Of a stretch of DNA of 48,595 nucleotides, positions 1 through 9,769 are shown one piece after another. The number at the start of each line of letters is the position of its first letter. Position 1 is the first letter of the stretch. The position numbers were made by a program, and so were the translations under genes. The stretch is from Pirellulales bacterium. Its GTDB lineage: Bacteria; Planctomycetota; Planctomycetia; Pirellulales; DASRSE01. The stretch lies in assembly GCA_035656655.1 (NCBI GenBank), contig DASRSE010000125.1, positions 1-48,595 of the forward strand. Reading direction: 5' to 3'. Below the pieces are notes generated by a model that saw nothing but the letters and a program-made list of their open reading frames with translations, searched no databases and was not told where the DNA came from.

Positions 1-783
1 GGCCAAAAGCCGCTGGAACTCGAGAACTTGCTCAAGTTCCGTTCGGTCTGCCCGGAGATGGTCGCCTTGCTGAGCGCTGCAATCGCGGGGCGGATCAATA
101 TTCTCATTAGCGGCGGGACGGGCGCCGGAAAAACGACCCTCTTAAACTGCGTGTCGCGTTTCATTCCGCCGCACGAACGCCTGGTCACGATTGAAGACTC
201 GGCCGAATTGCTCCTTCAGCGGAATCATGTCGTGAAGCTGGAGACGCGGCCCGCCAATGCCGAAGGATTGGGCGCCGTCACTCAGCGCGATCTGGTCCGC
301 AATAGCTTGCGAATGCGGCCCGATCGGATTCTGCTGGGCGAAGTCCGCGGCGGCGAAGCGCTCGATATGCTCCAGGCGATGAACACGGGCCACGAGGGTT
401 CGCTCTCGACCATTCATGCCAATGATACGCTCGATGCGCTGTCGCGGCTGGAAGTGATGGTCAGCATGGCAGGCTTCGAACTGCCGGTCTCCGTGGTGCG
501 GCGCTACATCGCCTCGGCCGTTACGCTGCTGGTGCATGTCGCACGGCTAAAAGGAGGCGTTCGCCGCGTGACTCGAATCTCGGAGCTGGCGGGGCTCGAA
601 AACGGCGAATACCGCCTCCGCGAGTTGTTTGGCTTCCAAACGACCGGCGTCGATCAAGAGGGGCTCGCGACGGGACACTTTTATGCCACGGGCGAACGGC
701 CGAATTTCGCGCGGCGCTTGGAAGAAACCGGAATCCCCCTCGCGCCCGAACTGTTCGCCCCGCGCACTTTAACCTCGACCTAA
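1..783 (+). CDS. cpaF: CpaF/TadA-family Tad (type IVc) pilus assembly ATPase, C-terminal part; 5' end lies outside the window
   Basis: The frame is open from base 1 to TAA at 781-783. Walker [13 protein letters not shown], Asp box [15 protein letters not shown] and His box [13 protein letters not shown] are present. tadB/tadC-like genes follow directly. Confidence 0.9.
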   Translation, partial: GQKPLELENLLKFRSVCPEMVALLSAAIAGRINILISGGTGAGKTTLLNCVSRFIPPHERLVTIEDSAELLLQRNHVVKLETRPANAEGLGAVTQRDLVRNSLRMRPDRILLGEVRGGEALDMLQAMNTGHEGSLSTIHANDTLDALSRLEVMVSMAGFELPVSVVRRYIASAVTLLVHVARLKGGVRRVTRISELAGLENGEYRLRELFGFQTTGVDQEGLATGHFYATGERPNFARRLEETGIPLAPELFAPRTLTST

Positions 784-795
784 GCGCAGATCATC

Positions 796-1725
796 ATGGT
801 AATCTTGCTGCCGATCTTTTTGGGAGCGACGTTTGTCGCCGGATTGCTCGCGGTTCTCGCGCTGGGCATCTTTCTGCGCAGCGGCGACGCGCCGCAGTTT
901 ACCGGCAGCGAGGCGGAACTCGATGCCTTGGCGGCCGAACTGCCGCGTGAATTCATCGACCGCCAGCAGCCGCCCGGCGCACTCGACGCGGCCTTTACTC
1001 GGCTCTTATCGCAGGCCGGTTCAAACCTCTCGGCCGGCAGCGCTTCCATGGTCGCGCTCGGCGGCCTCCTCCTCGGCGGCGCGGTTCTATTTGTTTTAAC
1101 TGAAAACCTCTTGGCGACGGCGGCCGGAATGTTCGTTGGAGGAATTGTGCCCTTCCTCGGTTGGACATTCCGCCGCTGGCGTCGCCAGAAGGAAATGCGC
1201 AAATCGTTGCCGGAAGCGCTGGAAATCGTCGCCGACGTGGTTCGCGCCGGGCGCAATCTGGAACAGGCCTGCACGCAGGTCGCGCGCGAAATCGCCGGTC
1301 CGCTGGGCGAAGAGTTTGCCGCCGCCGCGGCCCATTTACGACTTGGTCAAGCGGCGCCCGCCGTGCTCGAACGGATGTTGCAGCGCGTGCCGTTGCCGGA
1401 GTTCAAGATTTTTGCCACGGCGGTTCTCGTTCATCGGCTGACCGGCGGAAATCTCGCCTTGCTCACGGAACGGCTCGCGCGCGCCGCCCGCGATCGGCAA
1501 GAGTTTCAAGGTCACCTGAGCGCGGTGACGGCCGGCAGCCGGCTATCCGCGATCGGTTTGATCCTCGGCTCCGTCGTGGCGGTCATCGCCTTGAGCACGC
1601 TGCAACCCACCTATTATCAAAAGTTTTTTGAGCATCACTGGGGCTTCCCGCTCGCGTGCGCGGCGGTCGGTTTGCAGTTGACGGGCATCGCGTGGGTTTA
1701 TCGCTTATTGAAGGTGAACTACTAA
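796..1725 (+). CDS. tadB: Type II secretion system F-family membrane protein (TadB-like)
   Basis: ATG at 796, 12 nt after the cpaF stop. 309 aa with hydrophobic N- and C-terminal segments and a T2SSF-like core (ALEIVADVVRAGRNLEQA). Gene order is cpaF-tadB-tadC. Confidence 0.8.
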   Translation: MVILLPIFLGATFVAGLLAVLALGIFLRSGDAPQFTGSEAELDALAAELPREFIDRQQPPGALDAAFTRLLSQAGSNLSAGSASMVALGGLLLGGAVLFVLTENLLATAAGMFVGGIVPFLGWTFRRWRRQKEMRKSLPEALEIVADVVRAGRNLEQACTQVAREIAGPLGEEFAAAAAHLRLGQAAPAVLERMLQRVPLPEFKIFATAVLVHRLTGGNLALLTERLARAARDRQEFQGHLSAVTAGSRLSAIGLILGSVVAVIALSTLQPTYYQKFFEHHWGFPLACAAVGLQLTGIAWVYRLLKVNY

Positions 1726-2831
1726 TGAGCGCGTTTTTCGATCATCTGACTGAGGCCGCGGGTTCCGTTTGGCAGCACGCCGTTTCCGGCGCGGTGGGGG
1801 GCTGGGCCTCGTTTGCAATTGGGTTTGGCTTGTTTGCGATCGGCGTGGTGGCACTGCTCGTTCGGCTGAACCGCCGACCGAAAACGCTCGGCGAGCGGCT
1901 CGATGCAATCGATCTGGGTTTCGATGACGCAGAACAAGCCGGCGGACTATTTGCCGCGCTCGCTCCGGCGCTGGCCGCGCAGATTCCCGAATCAAAAAAA
2001 GAGCGGCACGATTTCCAAAAGCTGCTGCGCGGGGCCGGGATGTATCGACCAGACGCCGCGACTTCCATCTATGCGTTGCGGTTCGTCCTGCTGTTCGCGC
2101 CGCTGGTGGCCACCGGCGCCCTGATTTTAATGTCCGAAAAAGCCGCAACCGTGCCGCTGCTGGTTGGCGGAGTTTTGCTGGCGGTCGGCCTGTCAATTAC
2201 GCCGCGGCTCTATGTTTACTGGCGCCGCCGCGAGCGCGGCCGTGCGATTCGCAATGGCTTGCCCGACACCATGGACATGCTCAGCATGTGTCTTGGCGGA
2301 GGGATGGCCTTGAGCCCTAGCTTGGATCACGTAGCGCGGCAGTTGAACGCGTATCCCGAATTGGCGGAAGAACTACTGATTCTCAAGCGGCAAGCCGAGG
2401 TTGGCAGTCTGCCGCAGGCGCTCGCCGACTTCTCCGCCCGCGTCGATCTGCCCGAGGTCCGCCAACTGGCGGGCCTGCTGACGCGCGGCGAACGGCTGGG
2501 AACGCAGTTGGCCGGCACGTTGGTCGAGCATTCGGACCATTTGCGCTCCAGCCGCAAGCAGCTGGCGACGCTGCAAGCGAACAAGACCCCGGTCAAGTTA
2601 GTGCTGCCGCTGATGTTCTGTTTTGCCCCCGCCGCGCTCATTCTGCTGATCGCTCCGGCCCTGGTCGAGTTGAAGGAATTTGTGTCACCTTCAAAAGGAG
2701 CCGGCGCGGACGTCCGCCGCGCCTCGCTCAATACGCAGAGCATATTCTCGACACTCGATCAACTCGATCTCGATCGAAGCGAGGCCGCTGCGGCCGGCTT
2801 CTCGACCCCGCGAGCCAAGACGGAGCGGTAA
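1725..2831 (+). CDS. tadC: Type II secretion system F-family membrane protein (TadC-like)
   Basis: ATG at 1725 overlaps the tadB stop (TAATG). 368 aa with a T2SSF-type pattern (GLPDTMDMLSMCLGGGMAL) and TM segments at both ends. An alternative GTG start at 1656 is less likely. Confidence 0.75.
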   Translation: MSAFFDHLTEAAGSVWQHAVSGAVGGWASFAIGFGLFAIGVVALLVRLNRRPKTLGERLDAIDLGFDDAEQAGGLFAALAPALAAQIPESKKERHDFQKLLRGAGMYRPDAATSIYALRFVLLFAPLVATGALILMSEKAATVPLLVGGVLLAVGLSITPRLYVYWRRRERGRAIRNGLPDTMDMLSMCLGGGMALSPSLDHVARQLNAYPELAEELLILKRQAEVGSLPQALADFSARVDLPEVRQLAGLLTRGERLGTQLAGTLVEHSDHLRSSRKQLATLQANKTPVKLVLPLMFCFAPAALILLIAPALVELKEFVSPSKGAGADVRRASLNTQSIFSTLDQLDLDRSEAAAAGFSTPRAKTER

Positions 2832-3904
2832 AGCTCGGCGAATTTGGCGGCCATCGTCGCCGCGGAGAATTCCGCGAGCGCCCGCGAGCGGCCCGCCGCG
2901 CCCAGTTTTTCGGCCAGGGCGCGATCGGTGAACAGCCGATTGGCCGCGTTGGCGAACTCTGCCCGCGCACCCACGGGCACCAAGAGACCATTTTCGCCCG
3001 CGCGGACCCAATCGCGATGGGGCCTCGTATCACTAGCGACAAGCGGAATGCCGGCGCCCATGGCTTCGGCCAGCGCCGCGCCGCTGTCGGCCGGCTCGGA
3101 GGCGTCCCAGAGCAGATCGCAAAACGGCAGCCACCGCAATATGTCGGCGCGATTGCCCAAAAAATGAAGACGATCCGCGACTTCGCATTGGCGGCTGAAC
3201 TTCTCCATTCGCCAGCGCTGCGGACCATCGCCGAACACGAGAACTTGCACCGGCGACCCATAGAACTTCAGCATATCCGTTGCCCAGATCAAGTCCTTGA
3301 CGCGATTGCGGAGTTGCAAAGGACTGATTATCGCGGCGCAGCGAGCATTGTCCGGCAAGCCAAATTCCCGCAGAAAATCGGCTCGCGCCACGGTTGCCGT
3401 CGTTGCGGTTTCAAGCGCCGCGACTCCGGGCCGGATGCAGACAACACGGGCGGCGGGTCGCCCGGCGCGAATCGCTTGCTCGCGCAGCGCAGGCGACGAC
3501 GCAACCCAGCACGCGGTCGCAGCGCCCCACTTTTCGCGCGCGAGCCGCGCAAGCCAGCCCGCACGCACGTCCGCCGGGTGCTGCGCAACCAGCGGAATGT
3601 TTCGTGACGCGGCCAATTGTCCAGCATACAAAGCGGACTCGTCGTCCCAAGCCTGGACCAGATCGGGCCGCCCGCGATCGATGGCCAACCCGAGTTGCCG
3701 CCAATACGATAGATCGAGCCCGCGACCGCGAGTCGCCATTCGGACCGTCGTCTCCGGCGGCAGCCCAGCGAGATGCACATTTCCCCGCGTTTGCGCGACG
3801 AAAATCTCAAACGTCCATTCGGGCGGGCGCAATTCGGCGAGCAGGCGCGTAAGCTGCCGGGCGGTCGGACCGTCCAGCGAGTTGATTACGTGCAAAATCC
3901 GCAT
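2759..3904 (-). CDS. Glycosyltransferase, GT4/GT1 (GT-B fold) family
   Basis: 381 aa. N-terminus MRILHVINSL. C-terminal EX7E-type motif region SEPADSGAALAEAMGAGIPLVASD, typical of GT4 enzymes. Confidence 0.85.
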   Translation of the reverse strand: MRILHVINSLDGPTARQLTRLLAELRPPEWTFEIFVAQTRGNVHLAGLPPETTVRMATRGRGLDLSYWRQLGLAIDRGRPDLVQAWDDESALYAGQLAASRNIPLVAQHPADVRAGWLARLAREKWGAATACWVASSPALREQAIRAGRPAARVVCIRPGVAALETATTATVARADFLREFGLPDNARCAAIISPLQLRNRVKDLIWATDMLKFYGSPVQVLVFGDGPQRWRMEKFSRQCEVADRLHFLGNRADILRWLPFCDLLWDASEPADSGAALAEAMGAGIPLVASDTRPHRDWVRAGENGLLVPVGARAEFANAANRLFTDRALAEKLGAAGRSRALAEFSAATMAAKFAELYRSVLARGVEKPAAAASLRSRSS

Positions 3905-3936
3905 GAGGCCGGCAATGCTGCAAAAAGGCGGCGTGC

Positions 3937-4467
3937 TTATTTCAAGGGAGTCAACTCAGAGGCTTCAAGCGCCGCCACATAGGGCAAATTGCGATAGGCA
4001 TTGTCATAATCCAGCCCATAGCCCACCACGAACTCGTTGGGAATTTCAAAGCCCACGTGATCCGGTTCGAGGCCGACTTCGCGGCGGCCGTGCTTTCGCA
4101 GCAAGACGGCCGAGCGGACCGAAGCCGCGCCAAAAATCTTGATGTCCAGCACGAGCCGCGACAAAGTGCGGCCAGTGTCAAAAATGTCATCCACAACCAG
4201 CACGTCCTGGCCATGCAAATCGGGCAGAAAATCGGCATGGATCGCCAAGCTCCCCGGCTGGGTGTCCTGGCCGCGGTAGCTGCTCGCTTGGACAAAGCCA
4301 ATCTTCAGCGGCAATTCAAGGCGGCGCATCAAATCGGCGATCATCACCACGCTGCCCGTGAGCACGCCAATCAGCGTTAAAGGCCGGTCGCGGTAATACG
4401 CGCCGATTTCCGCGGCCAGGCGTTCCACCCCGTCGCTTAACTGTTCCGGCGTCAGCAAAGTCTTCAC
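3937..4467 (-). CDS. hpt: Hypoxanthine(-guanine) phosphoribosyltransferase
   Basis: PRPP-binding loop VLVVDDIFDTGRTL, plus IGVLTGSVVMIADL and the C-terminal GYGLDY motif. I chose the GTG at 4465-4467, which is preceded by GGAAAGAG and gives 176 aa, the normal HPRT length. The ORF track extends to a TTG at 4572. Confidence 0.88.
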   Translation of the reverse strand: MKTLLTPEQLSDGVERLAAEIGAYYRDRPLTLIGVLTGSVVMIADLMRRLELPLKIGFVQASSYRGQDTQPGSLAIHADFLPDLHGQDVLVVDDIFDTGRTLSRLVLDIKIFGAASVRSAVLLRKHGRREVGLEPDHVGFEIPNEFVVGYGLDYDNAYRNLPYVAALEASELTPLK

Positions 4468-4758
4468 GACGAACTCTTTCCGTGCCAAGAGAAGGGGAAA
4501 GCGAGACCGGTCGCAGCGGTTTTCCGCGACACGCTGGTTGGCTCGCGCGCCCATTCTAAAGGCTGGCAGCAAGGTAAGATAGGGCTGTTAGGGAAGGGGG
4601 CGGAACGAACTTTCTGGACTCCTCAAATTCGCCTTTGCAGCGGCCGGGGGATAAGATACCTTTTCGGCCCTCGTTCCGCCGCAAACCGTGTTCGTAATCT
4701 TCACGTTACGGAGTTGGTGCGGAGGGTGGCCCGTTTTGTGTTCTACCTGCCAGGGAAA

Positions 4759-6651
4759 ATGCCTGCCGCGTCTCCGACCGTTCCCGCCGTCACCAAGCTT
4801 CAAAGTGCGTCGCTCAGCAACGGGGCACTCGTTCGCCGGTTGCTGGCGCTAGGTTGGCGCTATCGACTTGGCTGCTTGGCCGTTCTCGTCCAGCAAGTCA
4901 CGCTGGTCGCCTTCAGCACGGCGGGCCTCGGGCTGACCGGATTGGGCATCGATCTGTTGCGCTTCGATCTTGATCCGCAAGCCGGGCCGCCGCAAGTTCC
5001 CTTCGGCCTGAGCTTGCCTCAAGGCGTTTCGACGCTGGGGGCACTGGGAATCATCGCTAGCGGAATTCTGCTGTTCGCGGTCGCAAATTCGTTGCTGAAG
5101 TTCTTCGCCACGGTGACCTCGGCGCGGCTGGCCCAAAAAATCGTCGTCAATCTCCGCTCGGCCGTCTACAACAAGCTGCAACGGCTCAGCTTCCGCTTTT
5201 TTGATGCGAATGAAAGCGGCTCGATCATCAATCGGGTGGCCGGCGACGTCCAAGCCGTGCGAATGTTTATCGACGGCGTCATTATCCAAGTGCTGGCCGT
5301 CGGTTTGTCCCTGGTGATTTATCTGAGCTACATGCTCCATTTGCACGTCTGGCTGACGATTGCTTGTTTGGCGACGACCCCCTTGCTGTGGTTCGGCACC
5401 GTTTATTTTGCTCGCAAGGTGCGGCCGGGATATGTGCGCAGCAGCGAGCTTGTTGATCGGGTCGTGCGGGTCGTGACCGAAAACATCCAAGGAGTTCACG
5501 TCGTTAAAGGCTTTGCTCGCGAGCCAGAGGAAATCGCGAAATTTGAAGCGGCCGGCCGCGCCGTCCGCGACCAAAAGCAAAAAATCTTTCGCCAGATCAG
5601 CGTCTTTCAGCCGGTGATGGGCTTTCTCACCCAGCTCAACATGCTGGTCCTGCTGGGCTACGGCGGAGATCTCGTGATTGAAGGCAAGTTGAGCCTCGGC
5701 GGCGGGTTGTTTGTCTTCGCGAATTTGTTGAATCAGTTCGCCAACCAAATCGGCCAGATCACCAATATCGCCAACAGCATTCAAACCAGCTTGACCGGGG
5801 CGCAGCGCGTGTTCGAAGTTCTTGACGCGCCTTTGGAGATCGAAAGCCCCGCTCATCCAGTCGAACTCGGCAAGGTGCGCGGCGAAGTGCGATTTGAAAA
5901 CGTCTCGTTTGCGTATCAACCTGGCGAACCGATCCTCGCAGGGCTTGATTTCACGATCGAGCCCGGCCAGTGCGTGGCGATTGTCGGCGCGACCGGCGCG
6001 GGCAAAACGTCGCTCTTGAACCTGATTCCACGCTTCTATGACCCGACCGAAGGGCGAATTCTGATCGACGGCGTCGATCTCCGCGACCTCGATTTGGACG
6101 AACTGCGGCGCCGGATCGGGCTCGTGTTTCAAGAGAGCTTCATCTTCAGCAACACGGTCGGCGCGAACATCGCCTTTGGCCAGCCGCACGCCGGCCAGGA
6201 GCAGATCGAACAAGCGGCCCGAATTGCCGCGGCGCATGAATTCGTCGAGCACCTCCCGCATGGTTACGACACGGTAATCGGCGAATACGGCTCCAATCTG
6301 TCGGGCGGACAGCGGCAGCGGCTCGCGATCGCGCGCGCAGTCCTGCTCGAGCCGCCGATTTTGATTTTGGACGACGCGCTCGCGGCGATCGATCCCGAAA
6401 CGGAACACGAAGTCTTGCAAGCCCTCGATCAGGTGACGACCGGCCGGACCACGTTCATTGTCGCCCATCGGCTCAGCACGTTGCGCCGCGCCGATTTGAT
6501 TCTGGTGCTGGAAGAGGGGCGGATCGTCGAGCGCGGAACGCATGAGGAATTGATGCAGCGCTCCGGCCACTACCGCCGAGCGGCGAAATCGCAGCTCTTG
6601 GTCGACGATCGCGCTGTGGCGACCGTGGAGGGATGGAGGGAATCCGCATGA
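4759..6651 (+). CDS. ABC exporter half-transporter (TMD-NBD), subunit with the degenerate catalytic site
   Basis: N-terminal 6-TM type-I exporter domain. Walker A GATGAGKTS, canonical signature LSGGQRQR, Walker B ILILDD (Asp where the catalytic Glu is expected), H-loop AHRLST. ATG at 4759 is preceded by AGGGAAA. The ORF track starts at a TTG at 4714. Confidence 0.88.
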   Translation: MPAASPTVPAVTKLQSASLSNGALVRRLLALGWRYRLGCLAVLVQQVTLVAFSTAGLGLTGLGIDLLRFDLDPQAGPPQVPFGLSLPQGVSTLGALGIIASGILLFAVANSLLKFFATVTSARLAQKIVVNLRSAVYNKLQRLSFRFFDANESGSIINRVAGDVQAVRMFIDGVIIQVLAVGLSLVIYLSYMLHLHVWLTIACLATTPLLWFGTVYFARKVRPGYVRSSELVDRVVRVVTENIQGVHVVKGFAREPEEIAKFEAAGRAVRDQKQKIFRQISVFQPVMGFLTQLNMLVLLGYGGDLVIEGKLSLGGGLFVFANLLNQFANQIGQITNIANSIQTSLTGAQRVFEVLDAPLEIESPAHPVELGKVRGEVRFENVSFAYQPGEPILAGLDFTIEPGQCVAIVGATGAGKTSLLNLIPRFYDPTEGRILIDGVDLRDLDLDELRRRIGLVFQESFIFSNTVGANIAFGQPHAGQEQIEQAARIAAAHEFVEHLPHGYDTVIGEYGSNLSGGQRQRLAIARAVLLEPPILILDDALAAIDPETEHEVLQALDQVTTGRTTFIVAHRLSTLRRADLILVLEEGRIVERGTHEELMQRSGHYRRAAKSQLLVDDRAVATVEGWRESA

Positions 6652-8486
6652 AAGCAAACGCCACGACCAAGCAGCGGCGGGTCGATCTGGCCCACGGCCT
6701 GACCCGTCTCGACCAGCGCGAAGCGCGCGAGAACGAGCAGCGGCCGCTCGAGCTCGGCCTAATTCGGCGGCTCTACCGCTACACCCAGCCGTACACCGGC
6801 AAACGCAATTGGCTCGTGCTGCTGGTGATCCTCCGCTCGATTCAATTGCCGTGCCTCACCTGGATCATCGCCGCGGTCATCAAAGGTCCGATTGCCGATC
6901 GCGACCCCATCGGGTTGGCGTGGGGCGCCGCCGGGTTCGCTCTGCTGGCGGTCAGCACGCAAATCGTGATGCATTTTCGCCAGCGGCTGGCCCTCGAGTT
7001 GGGCGAGGCGGTCGTGTATGACCTGCGCTGCGAAATGTTCGCGCAGCTCCAGCGGCTGCCGATGAGCTTTTTCAATAAAACCAAGCTGGGCCGCATCATC
7101 AGCCGCATGAGTTCCGACGTGGAGGACGTGCGGGTCGGCGTGCAAGAAGTCTTTTTTGTCAGCATTGTCCAGCTGGGGCAGATGGCCGTCGCCGGCGGAT
7201 TCATGCTCTGGTACGATCCGATTCTGTTCGGCATGGTGCTCTTGCTCGTGCCGGTTCTGTGGACGATCAACCATTACTTTCATCGCAAGATGAGCGTGGT
7301 CTTGCGGCTGATGCGCGAGTCGTTCAGCCGAGTGACCGCGACCTTGGCCGAAAGCGTCAACGGCATCCGCATCACGCAAGGCTTTGTCCGCCAAGATTTG
7401 AACGCCGAACTCTTCCATGAACTGGTCCATGACCATTCGCAGTACAATGTCTCGTTCAATCGGACGCAAGGACAGTTCCTTCCGTTGCTCGATTTGAACA
7501 GCCAGGTGTTCATCGCCTCGTTGCTGATGGTCGGCGGCTATCAAATTCTGCATGGCCACGGCGTCGTGATTGGCGACCTGGTCGGTTTCTTCTTTATGGC
7601 GAACATGTTCTTTTCGCCGATCACTTCGCTCGGCAATCAATACCATCAGGCCCTCACCTCGATGGCCGGAGCCGAGCGCGTGTTCAAGCTGCTCGACATT
7701 GCGCCGGAATGGTCCGACGCGCCTGACGCGCAAGATCTGCCCCCGGTCGAGGGTCGCGTCGAATTTCAAAATGTCTCCTTCGAGTATGATCCTGGCCGAA
7801 CTGTCCTGCACGAGGTTAATTTGAGCGCTCGGCCGGGCGAGACGATTGCGCTCGTGGGCCATACCGGCAGCGGCAAAACGTCGATCATTAATCTGCTCGC
7901 CAAGTTTTATCTGCCGGCCGCCGGCCGGATCTTGATCGACGGCCACGACCTGCATGCCGTCCGCGGCGTTTCGCTCCACCGCCAAGTGGGCATTGTCCTG
8001 CAAACCAACTTTCTGTTCAGCGGCACCATCGCCGACAACGTCCGCTATGGCAAACCCAATGCGACCGACGCCGAAGTCGAAGCCGCGATTCGCGGGCTCG
8101 ATTGTCTCGATATGCTGGAAAGCTTGCCCCAGGGCTTGCAAACGCAAGTGGGCGAACGCGGAGGGAGCTTGTCGCTCGGCCAACGGCAAGTCGTCTGCTT
8201 TGCGCGCGCGCTGCTCGCCGATCCGCGGATCTTGATTCTCGACGAGGCGACCAGCAGCGTGGATACGCTAACGGAAGCTCGCATTCAGAAGGCCCTGAGC
8301 CGGTTGTTGGCTGGGCGGACCAGTTTCGTGATCGCCCATCGGCTCAGCACGATTCGCCATGCCGATCAAGTTCTGGTGCTTGATCAAGGCCGCATCGTCG
8401 AACGCGGCACCCATCGCCAATTGCTCGAGGCCGAAGGGGTCTATGCTGGTTTATATCGGCGGTTCGCCCAAGCCGCCGCCGCATAA
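6648..8486 (+). CDS. ABC exporter half-transporter (TMD-NBD), subunit with the consensus catalytic site
   Basis: The ATG at 6648 overlaps the upstream stop (ATGA) and is preceded by GGAGGGA. Walker A GHTGSGKTS, non-canonical signature LSLGQRQ, Walker B ILILDEATS (catalytic Glu present), H-loop AHRLST. Confidence 0.88.
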   Translation: MKANATTKQRRVDLAHGLTRLDQREARENEQRPLELGLIRRLYRYTQPYTGKRNWLVLLVILRSIQLPCLTWIIAAVIKGPIADRDPIGLAWGAAGFALLAVSTQIVMHFRQRLALELGEAVVYDLRCEMFAQLQRLPMSFFNKTKLGRIISRMSSDVEDVRVGVQEVFFVSIVQLGQMAVAGGFMLWYDPILFGMVLLLVPVLWTINHYFHRKMSVVLRLMRESFSRVTATLAESVNGIRITQGFVRQDLNAELFHELVHDHSQYNVSFNRTQGQFLPLLDLNSQVFIASLLMVGGYQILHGHGVVIGDLVGFFFMANMFFSPITSLGNQYHQALTSMAGAERVFKLLDIAPEWSDAPDAQDLPPVEGRVEFQNVSFEYDPGRTVLHEVNLSARPGETIALVGHTGSGKTSIINLLAKFYLPAAGRILIDGHDLHAVRGVSLHRQVGIVLQTNFLFSGTIADNVRYGKPNATDAEVEAAIRGLDCLDMLESLPQGLQTQVGERGGSLSLGQRQVVCFARALLADPRILILDEATSSVDTLTEARIQKALSRLLAGRTSFVIAHRLSTIRHADQVLVLDQGRIVERGTHRQLLEAEGVYAGLYRRFAQAAAA

Positions 8487-8596
8487 GAACCGCGACCGCT
8501 CTCCATTTGCCCCCGGACTGTGACGTGGCAGCGTGTTAAATAACAGTCTGCGGTGGGGCCGGCGAATGGGCGCCGAACCGAGGGGGCCTTTCGATT

Positions 8597-9769
8597 TTAC
8601 GACCGGCCGATTGATTCGATGGATTCGTCCTTGGGCGCGGCGAGCGTGGCGCGGCGCGACCACTTTTTCAAGTGGTCCCAGAAACAGCGGACGACTTTCT
8701 GCGGCGACAAATCGAGCGCGCCGGAAACCCGAGTAAAGGCCCGCAACGAACCGATCGTCGCACGCGGATAAGCGCACACGTAGCGGTTTTCAAATTGCGG
8801 CCGAAACCGGCTCTTGAAATGATACAATCCCTTCACGTCGTACAGAAAATTGAAGTATTGGCTGACCGCCAAGCCCCAGCGAATCAAGCGGCTATCGCCG
8901 GCGAGCGGTTGATTGCAGCGCAGCGCCGGCACCAGACAGAGCGATGCGCGGCGCAATCCCTCGCGCTGAAATTGCTGTAAGGTCTCGTGCATCAAAAACG
9001 TGACGGTCCCACGCACGCCGTCGGGCCGTTGGCGATACATCTCCAGCGACCACTCCGCTCCGCCCTGGCACGGATTGCAAATTAAAAAACCTTCGATGCG
9101 CGCGGCCGAGCGGGCAATAAACAAGCGCTTGCGTCCTAACCGTTCGGGATCGAAGCGCCCATCGAGAAAGCCGGTCTCAACCGCCTGCGGCTTCGTCGCG
9201 AGCCGAGCGGTGGAAATCGCTTGGAGTTCGTCGACGAGCGAATGCCACTCGAATGGCGACATGGCGGCTTGGCGGCATTCGGACCAAACGAGTCCTTGGC
9301 GGCGGCAAAAATTCGATTGTCGGCGGACCCATTCAAAAGACTTGCCGCTCCAGGTCAGCGCGCCTAGGTTCATAACGGCGTCTTCGCCCCATTTGGTCGC
9401 TTGAAAACCTGCTTCGCGAAAAACGTCGAGTTCATCTTCCGCGATGTTATAGAACGAGGCATGCAGGCGATTCGCGCGCAGATAATCGATGAATTCGGCG
9501 AGCAATTCGCGCTTGTCCGCGGCTGCCGCCAGCAGGCCGCCGCCGACACTGAGATACTTTCCTCGCCGCAAAAAGACGATGGCCCCGTCGCGCGCCGCAG
9601 ACCAGAAGCACTCGCGCCCCGGCTCCGTGACCAAATACGAATCATAGGAGCGGCCAAAGCGATACGCCAAATCCTCGAGCAGGTCGGCTTCGGCCCGCCG
9701 CGGGGCGCGGTGCGGCACAAGTTCGGCCGCGGGGGCGGGCATCCGTGCGATCAACGTCGCTGCGCTCAT
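8597..9769 (-). CDS. DUF2156 / MprF C-terminal-like (aminoacyl-phosphatidylglycerol synthase-type) domain protein without a membrane domain
   Basis: 390 aa starting from the ATG at 9767-9769 (MSAATLIARMP...). The sequence resembles the GNAT-like lysyl-PG synthase domain (GAIVFLRRGKYLSVGGGLL, FIARSAARIEGFLICNP, YHFKSRFRPQFENRY). The 181 codons further upstream in the ORF track look non-coding. Confidence 0.7.
   Translation of the reverse strand: MSAATLIARMPAPAAELVPHRAPRRAEADLLEDLAYRFGRSYDSYLVTEPGRECFWSAARDGAIVFLRRGKYLSVGGGLLAAAADKRELLAEFIDYLRANRLHASFYNIAEDELDVFREAGFQATKWGEDAVMNLGALTWSGKSFEWVRRQSNFCRRQGLVWSECRQAAMSPFEWHSLVDELQAISTARLATKPQAVETGFLDGRFDPERLGRKRLFIARSAARIEGFLICNPCQGGAEWSLEMYRQRPDGVRGTVTFLMHETLQQFQREGLRRASLCLVPALRCNQPLAGDSRLIRWGLAVSQYFNFLYDVKGLYHFKSRFRPQFENRYVCAYPRATIGSLRAFTRVSGALDLSPQKVVRCFWDHLKKWSRRATLAAPKDESIESIGRS

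Noticed and set aside
4849-6657. Very long antisense ORFs lie opposite confidently assigned genes. Examples: 4849..6657(-), 6759..8189(-), 10521..12386(-), 20739..21956(+), 22734..24086(+), 26094..27374(+), 33924..34643(-) and 45387..47084(-).
   Set aside because: Long stop-free mirror frames are expected in high-GC DNA. Their translations are Arg/Ala/Gly/Pro-rich with no recognisable motif, while the opposite strand encodes proteins with unambiguous family signatures (ABC, GH2, hydrogenase, SIS).
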